Positions 58,232 to 64,000 of a stretch of DNA of 64,000 nucleotides are shown here, piece after piece. Source of the stretch: Bacteroidales bacterium (GTDB taxonomy: Bacteria; Bacteroidota; Bacteroidia; Bacteroidales; VadinHA17); the NCBI GenBank assembly GCA_963668715.1, contig OY764960.1:719602-783601 (forward strand), written 5' to 3'. The number at the start of each line of letters is the position of its first letter. The stretch's first letter is position 1. The notes under the pieces were generated by a model. It was not told where the DNA came from and searched no databases. It saw only the letters and a list, made by a program, of their open reading frames with translations. Both the position numbers and the translations under genes were made by a program.

Positions 58232-59947
58232 TTACTGTACCAGTGAAGTAAATTCGCTGTCGGTAAAGAACATGGCAAATTCCATATCATCTACTGCATA
58301 TGCTTTCCATTCATCATTGAATTCAACAGCTTCACGCAAAGCATCAAGCATATAATCCCTGTTATCCATTCTGGCACCTATGACTGCTTTAAGATATGAT
58401 GTAATACCGCATTCATACATTTCCATATTGTCAAGCATGTTCTTTGCTTTACTCAGGTCACCTTTAAGAACATATGCCAGTGCATCGTTAAAGCTGGGCT
58501 CATTGGCAAAATAGTTAACAGCCTTATCGTATTCGCCTCTGATCAGAGCTATTGTTCCGAGTCCAAATTTGGATTCATCGGTAGAGCTTGTCATAGATGT
58601 AAAATATTCCTCAGCCTGATCTGTATTTCCTTCAGCAAGGGCAACGAATCCGAGGTTATTCTTTACAACATCGTTATTTTGGAGAGCCTTAGCCTTTTCA
58701 AATGCTGTTTTAGCTTCCGCTACTTTCCCAAGCTCAAGCTGCAGGCAACCTACATTATTATGTGCCCTTAGGCATTTAGGTACCTGATTGGCGGCAATCT
58801 GGTAATATTTCAGTTGTTCTTCGGGTTTATCCGTAAGTGTGGCAGCATAAAGAAGCTCTTCAATATCCATAACTGTAGGATCTGAATTGATCTGCTGAAG
58901 TATCTCCTCATCGGAGCGACCTACTTTATTAACATTAACAATGAGCTTTGATCTCCTGAGTCTCGGCAGGATATCTTCTTTCAGCACCTCAAAGGCAGCC
59001 GACATATTCCTTATTTCCTGTTCACGAACAACCGGATCTGAATACATCGACAGGACACGGAGTATAAGGTCTTTATCCTGAATACTTGAACTGCCTACTT
59101 CTTCCTTGAAGCCTTCCCAGTCTTCTGCTGTCGATTTGCTCTTAACAAAACCCTCTTTTTCAATATCTCCTATTTCAGATTTCTCGAATTCGCGTGTAAT
59201 ATATTTGCTTGCTGATTCCAGCCTCTTACCGGCAAGCTTTTCATTAAAGTCCAGTTCGCCGTCGGGAGATGCATAAGCGCTTACAAGCATATCAACGAAC
59301 TCAAGGTTTTCCGCACCATTAACCTGCTCCAGGTATTCCTTAAGAGCGGCAATATCATCATCTTTAAGCTCGGAATTTCTGATATTGGCCATGTTGATCA
59401 AATAGTGTATATCAGCCATTTTATCTTCAGGTATTATCCTCTTGAAGTTATCAGGAATAATTACCGGCATGGGTTCTTTGCTTACCAACGTTGATGTAGC
59501 TATAACGCCATCGGCCAGTTTCACGGGATCAAAGTCCAGCGCTGTACCCTTCCTGGTGGCAGTAACGCGGAGCATAAGCTCTGATTTACGCATAGCCTCA
59601 TCAAAAGAAACCGAATTATTATAAGTAAAATTCCCTCCCGAATTCCTTATAACCTCATTATTAGCCTGAACATTTTCTCCCTGCAGGGTGACTTTCTCAA
59701 ACTGTGTTTCACCTCCTTCATATACAAGTACAGGAGTAGCTTCCAAAACTGTGTTTTTGTCGAAGTATTTGTCAGGGAAAGTGCCTTTAATTGTCAGGTC
59801 CACACTACCTGCATGTGCTTCAAGCACTTCAGGTATTACCTCATACCTAACCTGGTCGGCATTTTGTTTCATCTTATTCAAACCACTACAGCCTGAAAGA
59901 AGAGCAGCAGCAATAATGAGAATAAAATAGCTTCTGATTTTTTTCAT
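58232..59947 (-). CDS. Lipoprotein with C-terminal tetratricopeptide repeats
   Basis: Lipobox LLSGCSG. TPR-like repeats in the last ~220 aa (..AEAKTAFEKAKALQ.., ..DQAEEYF.., ..YDKAVNYF..). Confidence 0.6.
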   Translation of the reverse strand: MKKIRSYFILIIAAALLSGCSGLNKMKQNADQVRYEVIPEVLEAHAGSVDLTIKGTFPDKYFDKNTVLEATPVLVYEGGETQFEKVTLQGENVQANNEVIRNSGGNFTYNNSVSFDEAMRKSELMLRVTATRKGTALDFDPVKLADGVIATSTLVSKEPMPVIIPDNFKRIIPEDKMADIHYLINMANIRNSELKDDDIAALKEYLEQVNGAENLEFVDMLVSAYASPDGELDFNEKLAGKRLESASKYITREFEKSEIGDIEKEGFVKSKSTAEDWEGFKEEVGSSSIQDKDLILRVLSMYSDPVVREQEIRNMSAAFEVLKEDILPRLRRSKLIVNVNKVGRSDEEILQQINSDPTVMDIEELLYAATLTDKPEEQLKYYQIAANQVPKCLRAHNNVGCLQLELGKVAEAKTAFEKAKALQNNDVVKNNLGFVALAEGNTDQAEEYFTSMTSSTDESKFGLGTIALIRGEYDKAVNYFANEPSFNDALAYVLKGDLSKAKNMLDNMEMYECGITSYLKAVIGARMDNRDYMLDALREAVEFNDEWKAYAVDDMEFAMFFTDSEFTSLVQ

Positions 59948-60048
59948 GGTAACAAATATTAATTATTTAATTGTTGTCTAGCATTAACACACACAATAGT
60001 GCAAATCTAATAAAAAAATACAGAATACGCATCTCCTGTGCTTTAAAA

Positions 60049-60696
60049 TTACTGTAAAATAACCCTGTTAAGACCTTTGGAATGTGCCTTGCAGAAAATT
60101 ACATCAAGGATTTTATCATAGTCATTATGGTTATTTATAAAATCGATATCATTAATATCCAGAACGAGGTATGTATGACCAGGATTCTGTCTGAACCAGT
60201 TAAAATAGCTGTTTTGTATTTTCAACAGGTATTCCCCGTCAATCGTAGCCTCATAGTCCCGACCTCTATGTGCAATATTTCTCAGCAGCCGTTGCGGGCT
60301 CATATGCAGATAAACGTACAAATCGGGCTTAGGCAATGACTGGTAAATAATATGGAAAAGTTGCCTGTACAGGTTGTATTCATCCTCCCCGAGAGTGGCT
60401 GATGCAAATACAATTGACTTCATGAAATAAAAGTCAGCTATTGTAAAAGGACTGAAAATGTCAAAATTTCCAATCTCGTTCTTCAACTGGTTATATCTGT
60501 CGGCAAGGAACGACAGTTCAAGCGGGAACGAATATCTTTCAGGATCGCGATAAAATTTAGGAAGGAAAGGATTGTCGGCAAATCTCTCAAGTATAAGCCT
60601 GGCATTGAAGCTGCCGGCAATCATACCCGCAAGGCTTGTTTTTCCGGCGCCAATATTACCTTCGATTACTATATAACGGTATTTATGCTCCATCAT
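60049..60696 (-). CDS. Deoxynucleoside kinase
   Basis: P-loop IVIEGNIGAGKTS, ERF..NPFL, DR. motifs. Start set at the internal Met pair before EHKYRY. Confidence 0.85.
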   Translation of the reverse strand: MMEHKYRYIVIEGNIGAGKTSLAGMIAGSFNARLILERFADNPFLPKFYRDPERYSFPLELSFLADRYNQLKNEIGNFDIFSPFTIADFYFMKSIVFASATLGEDEYNLYRQLFHIIYQSLPKPDLYVYLHMSPQRLLRNIAHRGRDYEATIDGEYLLKIQNSYFNWFRQNPGHTYLVLDINDIDFINNHNDYDKILDVIFCKAHSKGLNRVILQ

Positions 60697-60943
60697 ACAT
60701 TTGCAATAATACAAAAATAATCATCTGAAGCGTTAAATAAAATGGAGTATTGGAAGGATGGAACCGAACAGTGCGAGTATGCCGGAAGCATACGAGTACT
60801 GTGAGCTCGCGAGGGGATAGTGATTGTGGTCAGTGGGGACGAGCAATACCGGATTACTGGGAGAAACCGGATGATGGAACCGGATTTTGAATTCCCGTGA
60901 ACAACCAAAATGATAGAATATATATTAAAGGAATTGAGGGAGA

Positions 60944-60981
60944 TTGACAGGATGATCCCATAAGGTCTTCATCCCTGTCAA
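60944..60981 (-). other. Imperfect long hairpin downstream of pnp
   Basis: ttgacaggatga (60944..60955) pairs with tcatccctgtcaa (60969..60981) with a one-base bulge. No T-run follows, so terminator status is uncertain. Confidence 0.3.
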
Positions 60982-61008
60982 CTTGCTCTCAACTTTTTAT
61001 ACCTTTTT

Positions 61009-63264
61009 CTATCTTTTGTAGCCTCTTCTATCGGATCCCGGTTTACGGTTCTGGCGCCTGTCGCCACCATCATGTCTTCGTCTGTCGCCGCCGTCATATC
61101 TCCGTCTGTCACCACCGTCGTCATGCCTGTCGTCTCCTTCTTCTTTAGGCGGACGGGGCAATAGTGCCTTGCGTGATAATTTCAGTTTACCGGTTTTGGG
61201 ATCAACATCAAGCAGTTTAACTTCAACTTCATCACCTTCCTTAAGCACATCCTCAACAGCGTTTACCTTATGCCACTCTATTTCGGAGATATGCAGGAGA
61301 CCTTCCTTGCCAGGCAGTATTTCAACAAAAGCACCGAAGCTTACCACTGAAACAATCTTTCCCTTGTATACCTTACCTATCTCCGGAACCTCTATTATCC
61401 TGTTTATACGTTTAAGAGCCTCTGTAATTCCTTCAAGGTTTTCGCCGAAAACATGTACTACCCCCATACCGTCAACTTCTTCAACAACAATGGTAGTGCC
61501 CGTTTCACTCTGCATCTCCTGTATAACTTTCCCGCCCGGTCCTATTATTGCACCTATCATATCTTTCGGAATAATAATCTTTTCGATTCTCGGTGCATGC
61601 GGCTTAAGCTCAGGTCTGGGTTCGGATATAACTTCCGTTATTTTATCCAGTATGAACAACCTGCCTTTTCTGGCCTGTTCAAGTGCTTCAGCAAGGATAT
61701 CATATGAAAGGCCATCAACCTTAATATCCATTTGTGTGGCTGTTATGCCATCCTTTGTTCCTGTAACTTTAAAATCCATATCGCCCAGGTGGTCTTCATC
61801 TCCGAGTATATCGGACAGAATAGCATATTTGTCGGCATCTTTATCCGTTATCAGCCCCATTGCAATTCCGGATACCGGTTTGGATATCTGAATACCTGCA
61901 TCCATAAGAGCCAGTGTTCCTGCACATACTGTCGCCATTGATGATGATCCGTTAGATTCGAGGATATCTGATACCACTCTTATAGCGTAAGGATTCTCAT
62001 CTTCATCAGGCATAACATTTTTCAGCGCCCTGTGCGCAAGGTTGCCATGCCCTACCTCTCTTCTGCTGGTCCCTCTTGCCGGTCTTGCTTCGCCGGTTGA
62101 GAACGGAGGAAAATTATAATGAAGAACGAATTTCTCGGTTCCCTGGAACAGGACTTCATCAATCATTTTCTCGTCAAGTTTTGTCCCGAGGGTAACGGTT
62201 GTAAGCGATTGTGTTTCACCTCTTGTAAAAATAGATGAACCATGAGCTGCAGGCAAGGGATCAACCTCACACCATATAGGTCTGATCTCATCTGTTTTTC
62301 TTCCGTCGAGTCTTACCTTTTTATCCAGCACCAGTCTTCTGGCTGCTTCTTTATGTACATCATGGAAGTATTTCTTCACAAGCATCTCGTTTACCTCGTC
62401 ATCTTCAGTAAACTGCTCCATAAATTCATCAAGTACTTTTTCTATCTCTTCTGTTCTCTGATGCTTATCGGCGATCTTTTTTGAAACTACCTTTAACAGC
62501 TTATCATATGTTTCATCCCACACTTTCTTTTTAAGATCTTCATCATTCTCCTCATGGGAATATTCTCTCTTTACCGTTGTTCCGGCCATTTCAGCCAGTT
62601 CCATCTGCGCCTTACAATGTTTCTTTATTTCTTCATGAGCAAATTTTATTGCTTCTAACATAACATCTTCGGGCACTTCCTTCATCTCTCCCTCTACCAT
62701 AAGGATATTATCATATGTTGCTCCCACTATAATATCCAGGTCGGCATCTTTGAGCTGGCTGACAGAGGGATTTATAACAAAAGCCCCATCAATACGCCCG
62801 ACTCTTACCTCTGAGATTGGTCCCGCAAAAGGTATATCCGATACGGCAAGGGCTGCTGATGCTGCCAAACCTGCCAGGGCGTCCGGCATCACATCGGCGT
62901 CGGCAGAAATAAGATTGATCGTTACAAAAGTCTCGGCATGATAATCATCCGGGAATAACGGGCGTAATGCCCTGTCAACGAGTCTGGCAATAAGTATTTC
63001 GTAATCCGAAGGTCTTGCTTCACGCTTAAGGAATCCCCCCGGGATCCTGCCTAGCGAAGCATACTTTTCTTTATAATCAACTGAAAGAGGCATAAAATCA
63101 ACATCTTCCTTTGCCTCTTTGGCTGAAACTACAGTAGCAAGCAGCATTGTCTTGCCTGCTTTCAGCATGACAGCGCCGTCGGCCTGTCTGGCCAACCTGC
63201 CTGTCTCAAGTGTTATCGACCGTCCGTCTTCAAGGTCGATAGTCTTTTCAATAAGTTTATACAT
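61009..63264 (-). CDS. pnp: Polyribonucleotide nucleotidyltransferase (PNPase) with Arg/Asp/Gly-rich C-terminal tail
   Basis: Two RNase PH domains, KH (IIGPGGKVI) and S1 ([15 protein letters not shown]). A ~50-aa tail carries DGGDRRR repeats. Confidence 0.95.
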   Translation of the reverse strand: MYKLIEKTIDLEDGRSITLETGRLARQADGAVMLKAGKTMLLATVVSAKEAKEDVDFMPLSVDYKEKYASLGRIPGGFLKREARPSDYEILIARLVDRALRPLFPDDYHAETFVTINLISADADVMPDALAGLAASAALAVSDIPFAGPISEVRVGRIDGAFVINPSVSQLKDADLDIIVGATYDNILMVEGEMKEVPEDVMLEAIKFAHEEIKKHCKAQMELAEMAGTTVKREYSHEENDEDLKKKVWDETYDKLLKVVSKKIADKHQRTEEIEKVLDEFMEQFTEDDEVNEMLVKKYFHDVHKEAARRLVLDKKVRLDGRKTDEIRPIWCEVDPLPAAHGSSIFTRGETQSLTTVTLGTKLDEKMIDEVLFQGTEKFVLHYNFPPFSTGEARPARGTSRREVGHGNLAHRALKNVMPDEDENPYAIRVVSDILESNGSSSMATVCAGTLALMDAGIQISKPVSGIAMGLITDKDADKYAILSDILGDEDHLGDMDFKVTGTKDGITATQMDIKVDGLSYDILAEALEQARKGRLFILDKITEVISEPRPELKPHAPRIEKIIIPKDMIGAIIGPGGKVIQEMQSETGTTIVVEEVDGMGVVHVFGENLEGITEALKRINRIIEVPEIGKVYKGKIVSVVSFGAFVEILPGKEGLLHISEIEWHKVNAVEDVLKEGDEVEVKLLDVDPKTGKLKLSRKALLPRPPKEEGDDRHDDGGDRRRYDGGDRRRHDGGDRRQNRKPGSDRRGYKR

Positions 63265-63308
63265 CTTCTGTTTCCTTAATTAAGGTGACGAAATTACGCA
63301 AATAAAAT

Positions 63309-63338
63309 AAAAAAAGGCAATCTGAAATTGCCTTTTTG
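63309..63338 (-). terminator. Rho-independent terminator/attenuator between rpsO and pnp
   Basis: Stem ggcaat/attgcc (63316..63321 pairs with 63327..63332) followed on the minus strand by a T-run. It starts 10 nt after the rpsO stop. Confidence 0.7.
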
Positions 63339-63347
63339 ATTTATTGC

Positions 63348-63617
63348 TTATTTACGCAGCTTCAATGCTTTAATGATTTCACGATATCGTTCGATATCCT
63401 TTCCTTTCAGGTAGTCTAATAACCTGCGGCGCTTACCTACAAGTTTCACAAGAGCTCTTTGGGTACTGAAATCTTTTTTATTTTTTTTCAGATGCTCAGT
63501 AAGGTGGGCTATACGATAAGAAAACAAGGCTATCTGCCCTTCAGCACTACCGGTATCCATTTCGGATTCTCCGTATTGTTTAAAAAATTCCTGCTTCTTT
63601 TCTGTAGTTAAGTACAT
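63348..63617 (-). CDS. rpsO: 30S ribosomal protein S15
   Basis: The 89-aa product MYLTTEKKQEFFKQYG..DTGS.E.QIAL...I..LT.HL..NKKD..S.R.L is typical of S15. The ORF-track 5' extension was rejected. Confidence 0.93.
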   Translation of the reverse strand: MYLTTEKKQEFFKQYGESEMDTGSAEGQIALFSYRIAHLTEHLKKNKKDFSTQRALVKLVGKRRRLLDYLKGKDIERYREIIKALKLRK

Positions 63618-63888
63618 ATCTGTCAAATATATATTATTAGATCTCAGGATCATCTCCCTGAATTTGGAACGCAAAGATATAACTTTTTTATCAAAATACT
63701 CAAACATAACCCAAAAAAATTCTTTAACATCATATTTAAACAGGCAAGTTCCAAACAGTTGTTAGTTAGGGGCTTTTAAAGAAGACGCATAAACCATGCC
63801 GCAGGTTGCGTATAAAAGTCACTTTTTTCGACCGTTGGTCAAAAAATTTCGATATTTTGTCAAAAGGTACCGGGAAAGAGGCTGTATG

Positions 63889-63999
63889 CTATATCCCTTT
63901 ATTGATCAGTTGTTTTAAATTTCCAATATCATAAACAGTCCCAAGAACAAACAACTGATCGTCAGACGACAGTATTGTATCTGCCGGAGGATTAATAAC
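63889..63999 (-). CDS. 3' end of a gene running off the window (C-terminal 36 codons)
   Basis: Hand translation: VINPPADTILSSDDQLFVLGTVYDIGNLKQLINKGI*. It resembles the tail of a TrkA-C/RCK-type domain, which is weak evidence. Confidence 0.3.
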   Translation of the reverse strand, partial: VINPPADTILSSDDQLFVLGTVYDIGNLKQLINKGI

Positions 64000-64000
64000 A

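Noticed and set aside
60693-60908. 71-aa minus-strand ORF in the dNK-pnp spacer
   Set aside because: It lies in low-complexity repeat DNA, overlaps the dNK start region, and has no motifs.
61169-61891. 240-aa plus-strand ORF antisense to pnp. Similar long antisense ORFs occur at 52035..52697 in priA, 12470..13057 in the kinase, 39780..40361 in cmk, 41491..42045 in pfkA, 36973..37497 in the symporter, 24209..24643, 32605..33063 and 30906..31397.
   Set aside because: Each lies opposite a gene with strong family motifs and has Ser/Pro/Ile-rich low-complexity composition. These are shadow ORFs typical of antisense frames.
63618-63707. 5' extension of rpsO to 119 aa
   Set aside because: S15 is about 89 aa. 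The conserved sequence starts at MYLTTEKK, and the extension contains AT-rich promoter-like sequence including TATATTTG.
1-64000. tRNA, rRNA, tmRNA or RNase P genes
   Set aside because: I saw no T-loop/acceptor-like signatures (for example ggttcgaatcc-type) or rRNA-like conserved blocks while reading the intergenic regions. This is a by-eye negative and should be confirmed with tRNAscan-SE/Infernal.

Overview
This 64-kb chromosomal window looks like Bacteroidota. It has a SusC/SusD pair, a PorQ-like T9SS protein, TAnnTTTG-type promoter motifs, AT-rich intergenic DNA, and no Shine-Dalgarno dependence visible by eye. About 55 protein genes are supportable. I found no rRNA, tRNA or CRISPR by eye.

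Layout:
(1) 1..7300: an FtsX/MacB-type ABC permease gene split by a complete IS21-family element (istA/istB, 6-bp target duplication). It is flanked and followed by copies of an unusual intergenic repeat family, one of which carries a 31-unit 8-bp tandem array. TspO also lies here.
(2) 7320..27358: an unbroken run of minus-strand genes. It starts behind a near-consensus sigma-54 (-24/-12) promoter. In order it contains a DctM-like permease, a 49-aa membrane peptide, an AstE/AspA-type zinc hydrolase, an exported unknown, gamma-glutamyltransferase, PgsB, PgsC, a non-PgsA third poly-gamma-glutamate (PGA) component, SusC, SusD, a Glu-racemase-like protein with a possible lipoprotein signal, a sensor kinase and an NtrC-type sigma-54 activator. 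A second sigma-54-like promoter follows. It precedes a five-gene operon: monoheme lipoprotein, outer-membrane beta-barrel, membrane-anchored heptaheme cytochrome, cytochrome b and cytochrome c.
(3) 27683..34317: an exported FGase-like amidohydrolase, acyl-CoA dehydrogenase, a split membrane Fe-S oxidoreductase and EtfAB.
(4) 34638..64000: housekeeping and envelope genes. These are EamA, MarR, a Na/solute symporter, PorQ-like, cmk, ispH, pfkA, two hybrid kinases, a GT4 plus hddA-gmhA-hddC-gmhB GDP-heptose block, GT9, priA, two CDGSH proteins, sucC, trmH, a dNK, pnp and rpsO.

The most interesting candidates are the sigma-54-linked PGA synthesis/turnover locus with embedded SusC/SusD, the cytochrome/beta-barrel operon that lacks a catalytic subunit, and the modular low-complexity repeat family. 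All functional calls rest on by-eye motif recognition. No database search was possible.
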